Made by a program: the position numbers and the translations under genes. The notes under the pieces are model-generated. The model was given only the letters and a program-made list of their open reading frames with translations, was not told the DNA's origin and ran no database searches. This document shows positions 1 through 10,212 of a DNA stretch of 64,000 bases, piece by piece (within the stretch, counting starts at the first letter, position 1; each line of letters opens with the position of its first letter). Origin of the DNA: Candidatus Kerfeldbacteria bacterium (GTDB lineage Bacteria > Patescibacteriota > Patescibacteriia > UBA10025 > JAHIVO01); NCBI GenBank assembly GCA_047946875.1, contig CP181398.1, positions 1,169,329 to 1,233,328 of the forward strand, in the 5' to 3' direction.

Positions 1-1249
1 TGATAAGGATTTTATTTTATTCATTAATAATGAACCGTTTAATAAAAATCCAGCCGCAGTAGAACGTAACATTTGTTCATCATCTTCTTGCATAACTTCT
101 TTTAGTGCGTCAAAGGCCGTTTGTTCACCATCTAGATTTTCAAAATTTTGTTGATAATACCCCACCTTAATTTCTTCGGGGATAATTATATGTTCTGATT
201 TATTTTCGATAATCATATTTAATAATGTGCTTTTCCCAATACCATTAGGTCCGGAAACTAAAGCATGCATATCTTTTCGTAATAAAATATCAATTTTCTT
301 TTCTACAACCTTATTTTTTTTCATGGCTGTAATGGAGGTAATGTGTAATATTTTTCCATGGAAATGATCATCAAATTCTTGCATTGGAATTGTAAATGGG
401 CGAATTGTTTTATCTCCTTGTCGAACATCAACAAGATTTTCTTTTGCTTCAGCTGCTGATTCTCTCATGCGTTTTGCTACACCACGTAGTTTACCGCCTT
501 TGTGTGCGAACACTTCTGCTTGAGCTGTTTTTTCTTTTATTTGTCTTTGCATGCGTGCATTTAAAAGATTTTCTCTTTCTATACGTGCCTCAATTTCTTC
601 TACTACGTCGTTATAGTTTCCAGTGTATTGTTCAACTTTTTTTGTATGTACGTCAAGGTATAGAACACCATCAGAAAAAGTATTTAGAAATTCTGCATCA
701 TGTGATATTACTAAGACAGTTTTTTCATACATTATTAAGAAGGTAGTCAGATGGTCTATGCCATCTTGATCAAGATTGTTTGTTGGTTCATCTAATAGAA
801 GTAGGTCAGGTTCTTGGATCAAAGCATGAGCTAAAAGGAGTCTGGCATGTTGACCACCAGATAGTTCTTTAATATATTTTGTGATTGGTACTGATAAATT
901 CACTACTTCTAAAACGTCGTTAATCATTTTATCCAATGAGTATTGCTTATCTTCGAAGGCAGTAGCAAAATATTCTTGGATGGTTAGATCTAACATTTCT
1001 TTTGGCATTACTTGTCTTGCAATGGCGACTGTAGCATCTTGCGGTGAACGTGATACTTGTCCCTCGATAGGTTTGAGCTCTCCTGTGATTAATTTCAACA
1101 TAGAACTTTTACCAGCGCCATTTTGACCCATCAGAGTTATTCTATTTCCTGAGCGAACTGAAAAATTTACTTCATCAAGTAATTTTTTACCGTGTTCATA
1201 TTCAAATGTTACGTCTGAGAATCTAAGGACGACGTTGTTGTCTGCCATA
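1..1249 (-). CDS. ABC-F family ATPase with two ABC domains and no transmembrane domain; partial, runs off the window start
   Basis: Minus-strand translation begins MADNNVVLRFSDVTFEYEHGKK. It has two Walker A motifs (GQNGAGKSS, GPNGIGKST), the LSGGQ signature and LLLDEPTN. No stop codon before the window edge. Confidence 0.85.
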
Positions 1250-1379
1250 TTATTAATATTTTATGAAATTTATTCTATCATCTAGCTGATAATAATACAA
1301 GTATTATAATTATATATACTAGTAAAAAGGGTAAAAAAAAAGGGGCTTGAAGTATTAAATTATATACTTCTAACATTGT

Positions 1380-1600
1380 GCCCCATACAACGCCTGAGTG
1401 TTGGTGTGCTCAGGTGAGTAAATTTTATGTTTTGAGTATGACCACCTGGGTGGTCACCATAAAATCTTTAGCTTAATCTACTAGATTGGCTTACTTTGAG
1501 GGGTAAATACACCCAGATCAGAGATACCACCTCTGCTCAAAGCTGTTTCAATCAAGTGACTAAACCTTACGAGGGACTCATCAGCACCCCGGTTTATCTT
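1380..1600. ncRNA. candidate structured small RNA; strand and identity unresolved, possibly SRP-RNA-like
   Basis: Intergenic. Nested perfect hairpins (gaccacc-tgg-ggtggtc; cctgag..ctcagg). A long helix closes with GGGGUGCUGAU...UACCCC on the minus strand. Confidence 0.3.
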
Positions 1601-1605
1601 ATGTA

Positions 1606-1842
1606 TTACAAGTTAGAGTAAAAATGGTAGCGGTCACCAAATATATCAGTTAAACCTTGGTGATGTATTATCTTGAATAGACATATCAAGACCGCTTTAT
1701 CTGTCTTGTTAGTAGGGTTATCGCCTGGGATGTTTATCGGTTTGCCTTTTATCACTGTGGCATACGAATAACATCCATAACGGAAATTAACCTCTACCAA
1801 GCGACCACGAAAACGTACCGTTTCTTTATCATACCAAGCCAT
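1606..1842 (-). CDS. hypothetical small protein (78 aa); its C-terminal part overlaps a structured GC-containing region
   Basis: ORF MAWYDKETVRFRGRLVEVNFRYG... with a weak AGAGGG SD 8 nt upstream. No recognisable family. Confidence 0.25.
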   Translation of the reverse strand: MAWYDKETVRFRGRLVEVNFRYGCYSYATVIKGKPINIPGDNPTNKTDKAVLICLFKIIHHQGLTDIFGDRYHFYSNL

Positions 1843-2056
1843 ATTAGACCCTCTTGTAATGCGTTAAATTAAAAATGAGCGATTGATCAACTTACATCAA
1901 AACAAAAATATTGTCAAGGGGGGGCTAAAGAAATATCTAAAGTTTCTGCAAGAAACTCCATGTCATAGGCACTATCTAATTTGTGGTAAGTCATTTTTTT
2001 GACAAAAAATATATACCTGATATATTATATAATTAGAATAAGTAAATAAATATCAT

Positions 2057-3847
2057 ATGAGATTAAGAATAATTTTATCAACATTAGTCATTATCTTATT
2101 TATAGGTTGGCCGTTGACCGCTTTTTTGCGTTCAGCGCCTAATCAACCAATAAAACAAAACCTTTTGGACTCAGAGGTTAGTATTGAAAAATATATACAG
2201 ACGATGTTATATCCAAACACGCCATTCAAGGATTTTAATTCTGATGCTCCTTGGGTACATAGAGGAGGTTTGGATGAACAAATACCAATAATTTCATTTA
2301 TCAAGGATGCACATCTTGATAGTATAGGTTTGGATTATGTGGCTTTTTATAGATTGAATCCAGAGCAATTAGTAGCTGTTTATAATCCATCTGGTCTGGT
2401 AACTATAGATTCCCCTTTTTGGTATATAAGTCTCAATAACTTGACTCCGAATGATTTGGGATTAAATTACGGAGATGATCTGCAAATACGAATTAATATT
2501 AGGTTTAGGGATCAACTAATTTATCATACTTATAAATATTATCTTTCAATAGCTATACGTGGATCATTACCACAGCAGGATGGATGGTATCGTGGAGATA
2601 TCCATCATCATACTTTTTTTACTTCCGATATTTTTGAATACGGAGGATTTCCGGAATTTGACGTGAAAGCTGCAAAAGACATCGGTATGGATTGGATTGC
2701 TTTCACTGATCACTCTTATGATGTATCGGCTTCGGAGTGGGAAAATTTGAAAACTACTGCTCAAGAAAATTCAACCGACGATTTTATTGTACTTCCGGGT
2801 ATGGAATTTTCAGTTGATAATAACAATTCAAATGATTTGGTGGATGATAGAGTTCATTTGTTAGGATTGGGATTTGACAGTTGGATATCAGGACCTGATA
2901 TTGTTCCGGGATTTGATGTTTTTGGTTCACAACCAAGGGTTATGACAGATATTTTGGATGATATAGAAACACAAGGAGGAGTTTCATATGCAGCTCATCC
3001 ATTATCAGAAATTACAGCATTGTCAAACTGGGGATTTATTAAGCCTTGGTCATCTACTAATTATACCGAAGCATTCGATTATGAATCTTTTGTAGGAATG
3101 GAAATTTTTAACAGACGTCAGACGTCATTTAATAACACGGGAATTACAACTGACAATGTAAATCCATTCCCATGGAGTTTGAATTCCAATTGGGATACGG
3201 AATGGCAGGATGGAATTACTAAGTTCAATCAATTAGTAGGAGATAATTTGGACAGGAAAATATTTTTTTCCGGTGGTGCTGATGCACATGGAGATGCGAA
3301 TTTTGAAACAAGTAATAATTATGGATTGGTGGATGTTGCTGCAAATAACAATGCATTAGGTAAGGTTCATACAGTAGCTTATTTACCGAACGGTTTGAGC
3401 CAAGAAAACTTGTTATATGCATTAAAAAACGGCCATTCTATAGTAAGTGACGGGCCGTTAGTAAATATGAGTGTCAGAAGATCAGGGGGGTGTAGTAGCT
3501 GGACAGTAGGAAATATTGGAGATCGTATTAATTATAGTGGTAGTGACAAGTTATTAATTAGTGGGAAATCATCAGATGAATTCGGAGGATTGGAAACTGC
3601 TACAGTGCATATAATCAATTCGCTCGGACATAGTACGGAAAATTTTTCTTTCTCTGGAAATTATGATTTCCAAACATTATTATTATTTTCATTAAACCAA
3701 ACTGACACTTTCGCAGTTTGGACAGAAGTGGAAACCTCTTTAGGTTATAGGAGTTTTTCAAATCCTATTTGGTTTAATTTACCGGATTCCGCATTTAATT
3801 ATGATATTGTGGATCCATATCCGGTTGTTAATCAAAATTGTTATTAA
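2057..3847 (+). CDS. secreted or membrane-anchored PHP-domain metal-dependent phosphoesterase
   Basis: N-terminal hydrophobic segment. PHP motifs GDIHHHT..SD, FTDHS and LPGMEF..HLLGLG. 596 aa. Confidence 0.65.
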   Translation: MRLRIILSTLVIILFIGWPLTAFLRSAPNQPIKQNLLDSEVSIEKYIQTMLYPNTPFKDFNSDAPWVHRGGLDEQIPIISFIKDAHLDSIGLDYVAFYRLNPEQLVAVYNPSGLVTIDSPFWYISLNNLTPNDLGLNYGDDLQIRINIRFRDQLIYHTYKYYLSIAIRGSLPQQDGWYRGDIHHHTFFTSDIFEYGGFPEFDVKAAKDIGMDWIAFTDHSYDVSASEWENLKTTAQENSTDDFIVLPGMEFSVDNNNSNDLVDDRVHLLGLGFDSWISGPDIVPGFDVFGSQPRVMTDILDDIETQGGVSYAAHPLSEITALSNWGFIKPWSSTNYTEAFDYESFVGMEIFNRRQTSFNNTGITTDNVNPFPWSLNSNWDTEWQDGITKFNQLVGDNLDRKIFFSGGADAHGDANFETSNNYGLVDVAANNNALGKVHTVAYLPNGLSQENLLYALKNGHSIVSDGPLVNMSVRRSGGCSSWTVGNIGDRINYSGSDKLLISGKSSDEFGGLETATVHIINSLGHSTENFSFSGNYDFQTLLLFSLNQTDTFAVWTEVETSLGYRSFSNPIWFNLPDSAFNYDIVDPYPVVNQNCY

Positions 3848-3922
3848 AAATAGTAACTTTACGATATAAATTAAATATGATAAACTATTTTAAAACCAAA
3901 GAGTTTTTATAACGGAGGTATT

Positions 3923-4098
3923 ATGAAGTGTGGCAATTGTAGTGGGACGGGTAGAACATATTGGGGTACATGCAATAAGTGCCATGGAAAAGGAAGATGC
4001 GGAGGGAAAAGAAAAAGTAAATCCCGACGTGTTTTACGGGGAAAGGCCCGTAGACATCCGCTTTCAGTAGCTAAGAGGAAACGCCGTTGGGCGTTATA
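3923..4098 (+). CDS. small Cys-rich zinc-ribbon protein with a highly basic tail (58 aa)
   Basis: Translation MKCGNCSGTGRTYWGTCNKCHGKGRCGG... has two CxxCxGxG motifs. GGAGG SD 6 nt upstream and a terminator hairpin immediately downstream. Not in the ORF track because it is under 60 aa. Confidence 0.5.
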
Positions 4099-4104
4099 AA
4101 TTAT

Positions 4105-4138
4105 CAAGCCCTGTCTATTGATAGGGCTTTTATTTATT
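4105..4138 (+). terminator. rho-independent terminator
   Basis: Stem aagccct / agggctt followed by a T-run. Confidence 0.6.
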
Positions 4139-4328
4139 TATATTTGTTTTTTAAATTTTACGCTTCTGGAGCAATAAAATTACGAGCAATCCATTTGCAT
4201 GCTAGTCAGGTATATACTAGAGCACGAGTTGGTGAACATGGAGAAAAAGCATCCAGGCAATTTTTTACACAGGAGACTTTTACTCAGATATATCCTAAAA
4301 TAAATAAAATGATTAATTTGTAATAATT

Positions 4329-4454
4329 TTAGATTTTACCTTTTCTCTTTTTTGCCTTCTCTTCAAGCATAATCCTCTTTGCTTCGAGTCTTTTTGCTGT
4401 TTTGTGAGACTTAGTCTTTTTTTTCTTACCTACTCCCGTAGCTCTTTTTGCCAT
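4329..4454 (-). CDS. small lysine-rich basic protein (41 aa), possibly ribosomal-protein-like
   Basis: Minus-strand ORF MAKRATGVGKKKKTKSHKTAKRLEAKRIMLEEKAKKRKGKI, convergent with the Cys-rich gene. Confidence 0.35.
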   Translation of the reverse strand: MAKRATGVGKKKKTKSHKTAKRLEAKRIMLEEKAKKRKGKI

Positions 4455-4581
4455 ATATATTTTATTTAATAATATTACTTATCGTATATCATTGGGTGAA
4501 ATAATGCAATAAAAAAGTTTTATTAGATTATAGGTATATGATAAACTTAATGTAGGAGGTTAAGTTATTAATAGTATAAAT

Positions 4582-4902
4582 ATGGAAGAACAAAACCAAA
4601 AACAACCAACTCAGCAGCAATCAGTACTGCAGTCCGAGGAACACAGAAAAGGAAAAATTAATTTTTCACAAGCATTCTCCAAGTTAAGTAAATATTCTAA
4701 AAGATTTTTTATTGTTTGTGAATTATTACTTGCTATAGTTGTAATATTATACTTAATGTATGAATATACCCCCTCCTGGTCTGGTTGGGTTGAATTTGTT
4801 CTGCTGTCGTATTTTTTATTTATTGTAAATATTATATATTTAATAGCAATTATTATTTTTCTCTTAACACATAAAAATTATAATGGATTGTGTGTGTGGT
4901 AG
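4582..4902 (+). CDS. small membrane protein; paralog of the 5520 gene (shared MEEQNQK N-terminus)
   Basis: Two predicted TM segments. Shares an upstream sequence motif with the 5207 gene. Confidence 0.5.
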   Translation: MEEQNQKQPTQQQSVLQSEEHRKGKINFSQAFSKLSKYSKRFFIVCELLLAIVVILYLMYEYTPSWSGWVEFVLLSYFLFIVNIIYLIAIIIFLLTHKNYNGLCVW

Positions 4903-5070
4903 GTTTTATATACTATTTGTTAATACCTATTATTCTAATTACATCAGTGGTATTTTTTAACTGGTACTGGAACTATTTTTAAAGAATTATTTTTTTATAA
5001 AAAAATAAAAACACCTCACGAGAGAATAAGATGTTTTTTCTTGGAGAGACATCTAAATACTCAGTTATTT

Positions 5071-5110
5071 TCCCAGGTGGCTATCGTAAGATTATTCGAA
5101 CCCCACATTC
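5071..5110 (-). pseudogene. tRNA-His-like 3' fragment (degenerate)
   Basis: ggtggcta...gattattcgaacccc parallels the tRNA-His 3' half ggtggctagagggaatcgaaccc. Confidence 0.35.
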
Positions 5111-5206
5111 TGCGGGACAAGCCAATCTCAAAATCATTGAGGTTTTATTGGATTTTGGGTATATGGTAGACTTAATATAGGAATTTAAGTTATTAATAGT
5201 ATAAAT

Positions 5207-5509
5207 ATGAATTTAGGTACAACAAACATAATTTTTATAATTATATTATCATTACTTTCGATAGTTTTGGTTATATATATAGCATATTTATTTTTTAGAG
5301 TTAAAAAAGATGATAATAATAATCAAAAGACACTATATAGGTTTTTGAATTATAAACAAGTTATTACAATTGTTGTAATAGTATTGTTGGCCTTCACAAT
5401 AACAAAGGTGTCTAAAAGTTGGGAAAATTTTATATTACCATTTTATCTTCTTATTATTTTAATAATATTAGGAGTAATAGTAATTCCAAAATTATCAAAT
5501 AAAAAATAA
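5207..5509 (+). CDS. small membrane protein (100 aa)
   Basis: Two hydrophobic helices. Conserved upstream motif gattttgggtatatggtagactta. Confidence 0.5.
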   Translation: MNLGTTNIIFIIILSLLSIVLVIYIAYLFFRVKKDDNNNQKTLYRFLNYKQVITIVVIVLLAFTITKVSKSWENFILPFYLLIILIILGVIVIPKLSNKK

Positions 5510-5519
5510 AGGTGTAAAT

Positions 5520-5951
5520 ATGGAAGAACAAAATCAAAAACATACAACATTTCAGCCAGAAGAACCTAAGAATAAAACTTTTAAAAAAATAAAAATCTTT
5601 AGTAGATGTGTATGGGGATTATTTTCAGTTCTAATTGTTTTAAGGAATCTATTTGGCATCGAAATTCCTTTTATAATATTTCAATTTATTGCTTCTATTT
5701 TTTTTATAAGCGGGGTTTTTTCTTTTTGGGTGTTTGCTAACCGTGGAATTAAAGATGTTCGTTTACTTGTTAAATTTCAACTTTGGCAATATTTTTATAT
5801 TGCCTCTGTAGTATTACTAGGTATTTTTACTGCAAATCCTGATGTTAATCAGATGGATGTATTAATATTTTCTATGATTTTTGTTACGTATCTATTGGGA
5901 GAAGCGGCTAATTATTACGAAAAAAAGACTGAGGCTTCAGAAAAAAAATAA
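5520..5951 (+). CDS. membrane protein (143 aa); MEEQNQK paralog
   Basis: N-terminus MEEQNQKHTTFQ is similar to the 4582 ORF. 3-4 TM helices. Confidence 0.5.
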   Translation: MEEQNQKHTTFQPEEPKNKTFKKIKIFSRCVWGLFSVLIVLRNLFGIEIPFIIFQFIASIFFISGVFSFWVFANRGIKDVRLLVKFQLWQYFYIASVVLLGIFTANPDVNQMDVLIFSMIFVTYLLGEAANYYEKKTEASEKK

Positions 5952-6128
5952 AACAAAACTTTTTAAAGATTGGAAATTTTGGGTGTGGGTAATAATTGTC
6001 CTATTGGTTGCTGCTTTTATTATATATAGTAGTTGATAATTATAATGCCACAAAAGGATTTAATTAAAGTATATTAAAAAATTCTGCTTATCGGCAGGCA
6101 GGCACCTTAAGAGGCGGGATTTTTTGAT

Positions 6129-6236
6129 TGGGGTCGGATAGCCCGTCCGCCACAGCTTCGCCGTAGGCGTGCCGGGCGGGCTGTTTACCCCGTCCTTCAT
6201 GGAAGGCGGGGTAAATTTTAGAACTTATTTATTAAG
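6129..6236 (-). pseudogene. tRNA-His-derived repeat copy carrying two GC-rich hairpin insertions
   Basis: tggggtcggatagc..ctgtttacc..ttagaacttattta matches the uninterrupted copy at 11281-11322. This copy has extra 38-nt (6143-6180) and 22-nt (6190-6211) GC hairpins. Confidence 0.6.
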
Positions 6237-6250
6237 AGGTGTTTTATTAT

Positions 6251-7048
6251 TTATTTTTTCAATTCAACTACATCAAGTGTGCGATTATAAATCGATGCTG
6301 TCTGGCCGGCATCAACATTCCAGCCAACCTGAAAAGTATGTGATCCAGCAGTAACATCTACCAAGGCATTGAAGGCCATGTTAAATGGACCGCCGGAAGA
6401 AGCGGCAGTTCCTCTTCTAATGGTGTGATCAACTATTGTCCCATCAACAATTAAAAAAGTCCTGGCTGAAACAAAGTCATTATTAATACTAAATACCCCA
6501 CTGAAATTAATTAATACGGTGCTGGCGCCAGTTGTAACAACAATAGTTTCATCTAAAATATCATAATTTGGGGAATTTTGTGTTGTTGTATCCGTAGTTG
6601 TTCCATAAGCTTCACTCGTTTGAGTTATGGCGCCGGCTGCAATATTGGTAGATGTTACTATCCCTGTCCCCATCAAACTTCCCACCGTCAATGATCCGAT
6701 TACTTCCATATTATCATTTACGATAAATGGCATGGTATCACTTGTCCCAGCTGTAGCACCACGCCAAACACGACCGTCTATTCTTACATTATCTCCAAAG
6801 GTCACAGGGTTATCAACACTATTGGTTGTTGTATCGTTTACAATAGAGCCGTTAAAGTAAGTTACTCCTCCAATATCCTGTTCCCCGATCATAATTGAAC
6901 GCATTTTCATAGTTCCATCAACTTGATAAATATCTCCTTCCGGTCCAAATTGGGAGGTGACATTGTGTGTGGCCGCAGCATTTACAATCCCCACCGTTAA
7001 TGCGATGGAAATGATCACTACCAACGATGTTATTAGTTTTTTGTTCAT
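6251..7048 (-). CDS. secreted surface protein, family member A (shares its N-terminal module with the 15173 and 16160 genes)
   Basis: Signal peptide MNKKLITSLVVIISIALTVGIVNA. About 130 aa are near-identical to paralogs B and C (HNVTSQFGPEGDI.QVDGTMKMRS...). The C-terminus is unique. Confidence 0.7.
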   Translation of the reverse strand: MNKKLITSLVVIISIALTVGIVNAAATHNVTSQFGPEGDIYQVDGTMKMRSIMIGEQDIGGVTYFNGSIVNDTTTNSVDNPVTFGDNVRIDGRVWRGATAGTSDTMPFIVNDNMEVIGSLTVGSLMGTGIVTSTNIAAGAITQTSEAYGTTTDTTTQNSPNYDILDETIVVTTGASTVLINFSGVFSINNDFVSARTFLIVDGTIVDHTIRRGTAASSGGPFNMAFNALVDVTAGSHTFQVGWNVDAGQTASIYNRTLDVVELKK

Positions 7049-7066
7049 AAATTTTATGTTTAATGA

Positions 7067-7294
7067 TTATTTATCTTTACACTCTTTGAATATTGTGTCA
7101 CTAGTGCAATCAATATTAGTGCATGGCACCAGTACGCTTAAGCAACTGTCGTCCATTTTGCATTCTTGTTCATTTAATTCAGAGCAAGTTTTACTTCCGG
7201 TAAACAGTATCACGGCGCCAATGATTAATATGATTATGACAATTATTATAATTATATTTTTATTCATATTTTTTCTTATAAATCTAAAATCCAT
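7067..7294 (-). CDS. small membrane-anchored Cys-rich protein (75 aa)
   Basis: Ile-rich TM helix followed by a Cys-rich tail CSELNEQECKMDDSCLSVLVPCTNIDC. Confidence 0.4.
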   Translation of the reverse strand: MDFRFIRKNMNKNIIIIIVIIILIIGAVILFTGSKTCSELNEQECKMDDSCLSVLVPCTNIDCTSDTIFKECKDK

Positions 7295-7479
7295 TCCAGC
7301 AGTTCAATTTGTTTTTCCAGTAATTTTTTCTTATATTTCATTTTAATTTTCCAATCTTTTTCGAAAGAATGGCTATCTTCATCAACTTCCTCTTCCATTT
7401 CTTCTACTTCCTCGTTAATTTCTTCCAGTTCTAATTCCAATTCATCTAATTTGTCTGTAATTTGTTCTTGATTTTTCAT
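7276..7479 (-). CDS. small acidic coiled-coil protein (67 aa)
   Basis: ELELELEEINEEVEEMEEEVDE heptad-like sequence. Overlaps the next gene's start. Confidence 0.35.
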   Translation of the reverse strand: MKNQEQITDKLDELELELEEINEEVEEMEEEVDEDSHSFEKDWKIKMKYKKKLLEKQIELLEWILDL

Positions 7480-7491
7480 ATTTTTTAAAAA

Positions 7492-8376
7492 TTAAAGCTC
7501 TGTAATATAGGTAACAAATATTTCATTATTATCAACTGGATTTATAATTCCTTGCACTATTACAGTTGAGTCTTCATCGAAGAGGTTATTAGTCATGGCA
7601 TCTGTACATTTTGGACGGCTGAAACCTTTTATACATGTACTAATAAAGTCCATAGTATCAAATGTCAATTTTTTATTTAAGGCTGGGCTACCTGGTTCAT
7701 CCCATACTAAGTTCCAATAATTTTCACCGGCTGGTTGAGATAGGTTTCCGCTTTGTTCAAAATCAGTTACCAAAGGATTAATAAATTCAAAATTATTAAG
7801 CATATTTTCTTGAATGTTTGAGTTAGTAGTATTAAGTTCTTGGGTAGTTGAACCCCAAGAAATGCGGTACATATAATTATTATTTGTGACATAGACTGTG
7901 GCACCTGTATCATTCTCATGAGTGTTTCTGGTTAATTTTATGCCATTTTCACCATCAACTTTAATATTTGTTTTTTGATAACCGTCTTGTTCTAACAATC
8001 CAATCTCTGACCAGGTTTCCAATGTTTCACCTGATAGGTCGGCTACATAAATAAAAAAACTGGAATATTTGTAGTCAGATATATCAGCTACACTGGCAAA
8101 TGAGTTGGTGGCGGGTGGAGGAGGACCAGTTACTGCGTCCGGTATATAAAACCAACTGGTTGGATAATCAACTGTGAAATGATAGTTATTGTTGATGAAA
8201 GTTTTCCATTCTGTAACTTTATTTGTATTATTATTGGATATAGGGGAAATGTTTAGATTGGTATTGTCTTCCACATTTTGATCTTGGTTTACTAGATACC
8301 AGGTGAGTCCCCCGCCTAGAATTAAGATTACGAGTATTATAATGAAAATACTACTAACCCCATTTTGATGTTTCAT
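7492..8376 (-). CDS. membrane-anchored secreted protein with an N/T-rich linker
   Basis: N-terminal TM anchor, low-complexity NT linker, then a globular domain. Confidence 0.6.
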   Translation of the reverse strand: MKHQNGVSSIFIIILVILILGGGLTWYLVNQDQNVEDNTNLNISPISNNNTNKVTEWKTFINNNYHFTVDYPTSWFYIPDAVTGPPPPATNSFASVADISDYKYSSFFIYVADLSGETLETWSEIGLLEQDGYQKTNIKVDGENGIKLTRNTHENDTGATVYVTNNNYMYRISWGSTTQELNTTNSNIQENMLNNFEFINPLVTDFEQSGNLSQPAGENYWNLVWDEPGSPALNKKLTFDTMDFISTCIKGFSRPKCTDAMTNNLFDEDSTVIVQGIINPVDNNEIFVTYITEL

Positions 8377-8384
8377 ATTTTTAA

Positions 8385-8954
8385 TTAATTTAATAAATTA
8401 TCTAAGTTTGTACAGTCTAGATATTCATCGTCCGTACAGCAACTTACATTATCATAGGTGCCGTCGGCTCTGTTGCACCAAGGTTGGTCAGAAGAACACT
8501 TTATTATTACTTTTTTTGTATCTTTATAAATAATTTTTTGTGGCCAAGACCACTCACAATAAAATTCTGCAGTTTGATCAATTTCACTATTAATGTTTGT
8601 TGTAACGGTATTAGTGTTGATTGTAGTATTTACATTTATTATAGCCTTATTAACATTAGTAGTGGTATTAATATTTATTACTTTTTCATCATCCTCTTTC
8701 TCTATTTCAATATTTGTTATATCTGCGATGATTTCATCTAATTCTTTTTGGGTTGGATCAAATCCTGTATCATTAGTACATTGTTCTGGACAATAGGTTT
8801 TGGATGAATCCATTATTAGTAAGTCATAACAAACCTCCATACATTTGGAGAATTGTCCTTTTTTTGTTACTCCACCTTGGGACCAGATCAATAACAAAAT
8901 CACACCAGCTATAATCACAATACCTAGGCTGATGAATATTTTCTTTTTATTCAT
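8385..8954 (-). CDS. membrane-anchored Cys-rich secreted protein with an N/T-rich repeat linker
   Basis: TM anchor, NTTTNVN repeats, multiple Cys pairs. Confidence 0.55.
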   Translation of the reverse strand: MNKKKIFISLGIVIIAGVILLLIWSQGGVTKKGQFSKCMEVCYDLLIMDSSKTYCPEQCTNDTGFDPTQKELDEIIADITNIEIEKEDDEKVININTTTNVNKAIINVNTTINTNTVTTNINSEIDQTAEFYCEWSWPQKIIYKDTKKVIIKCSSDQPWCNRADGTYDNVSCCTDDEYLDCTNLDNLLN

Positions 8955-9099
8955 AGTATTATATGAAAATTATTAGATATCCAATGTTCACTTATTATTA
9001 TAGCTAATATTAGTAGATACTTAAAGGGGCTGAAATTTTATTAGATTTTGGGTATATGGTAGACTTACTTTGGTAGGTTATATTATTAAGATATTTATT

Positions 9100-10212
9100 A
9101 TGAAAAATAAAACAATATTTATTGGATTTATAATAGGTGTAGGTATTTTACTATTGGCTGTGATTGGGAATTATTTTAGTAAGGATAATATGACGAAGGA
9201 TGAAGGTATTTTTTCAAATGTTGTCCAAGATAACATAATACAAAGTAACATTAATATATTAGAGGTATCAGATGTGCCAGAAGACTGTGATGTTGTTTTT
9301 ACCCATCGGTTTACAGATATTACAAAAATCAATGCTATCCAGCCAATTGGCTCTATCACCGGCGCTTCTCCTGGTCGTAGTTATTTGGATATTAAAGAAG
9401 GAGAAACTGTCCCGGTATACGCCCCAATGGATGCCACATTAAAATTTATTGCATATTCATATCGTGGCCCAGAGGCGCCTTACCCAGAATATGGTTTTAG
9501 TTTTGATACTGGTTGTGGGGTAACTTTTATGTTAGATCATTTGGACACAATATCGGATGAATTAAAGCAATATGCGCCTATTGAGCCTTCACTAGCAACT
9601 GACGGTACTAATAATCTTTCGGTTGAGGTTGAGGCGGGAACACTTCTGGGATATACTGATGGAACAGAACAGGCTAAAACTTTTGACTTTTTGGTAATAG
9701 ATAAAAATACTGACGTTTTTCATATTAATCCGGAACGATGGGACTGGGATCAAGCGTTGCATGCTGTCTGTCCGTATGATCTATATACAGATGATTTGAA
9801 AAGTGAGTATTATGAAAAAATTGGGACATATTATTACACAGGATTTGTAAAAGCAGAGAGCTGTGGTAATCCATCATACGATATTGTTGGAACAATTTCC
9901 GGTGGGTGGTTTTTGGGAGAAAACGATACGATGATGACTGGTGAGTTTATGACAATTGGCGAGGAGGGTGGTAATGTGTACACAATTGTCAAAAATAATC
10001 TGGAAGATGTAATAATACGCGTGGATGATTACTGGACAGAAGTCATGCCAAAAGATGTTAAGGTTGGGAGTTCAGCATGCTATTTTGACAACAACACAGA
10101 TACTTGGATGTTTTTGAATTTAGTAAGTGAAGAAACCATCCAGCTTGCAAATGGAAATGGGAATTGTCCTGTAGAGTTTCCAGATTCTAATATAAAGATT
10201 TATTCGAGATAG
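9100..10212 (+). CDS. membrane-anchored secreted protein
   Basis: ATG at 9100 (the ORF track's 9070 is a TTG). N-terminal TM segment. No family recognised. Confidence 0.55.
   Translation: MKNKTIFIGFIIGVGILLLAVIGNYFSKDNMTKDEGIFSNVVQDNIIQSNINILEVSDVPEDCDVVFTHRFTDITKINAIQPIGSITGASPGRSYLDIKEGETVPVYAPMDATLKFIAYSYRGPEAPYPEYGFSFDTGCGVTFMLDHLDTISDELKQYAPIEPSLATDGTNNLSVEVEAGTLLGYTDGTEQAKTFDFLVIDKNTDVFHINPERWDWDQALHAVCPYDLYTDDLKSEYYEKIGTYYYTGFVKAESCGNPSYDIVGTISGGWFLGENDTMMTGEFMTIGEEGGNVYTIVKNNLEDVIIRVDDYWTEVMPKDVKVGSSACYFDNNTDTWMFLNLVSEETIQLANGNGNCPVEFPDSNIKIYSR

Noticed and set aside
1561-1600. Hammerhead-ribozyme-like CUGAUGAG...GAAAC on the minus strand
   Set aside because: Stem II is only 3 bp and about 20 nt intervene before GAAAC, so there is no canonical three-way junction. 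It is treated as part of an unidentified structured RNA.
4087-4323. ORF of 78 aa (MGVINYQALSIDRAF...)
   Set aside because: It overlaps the terminator hairpin and an AT-rich spacer, and has no SD.
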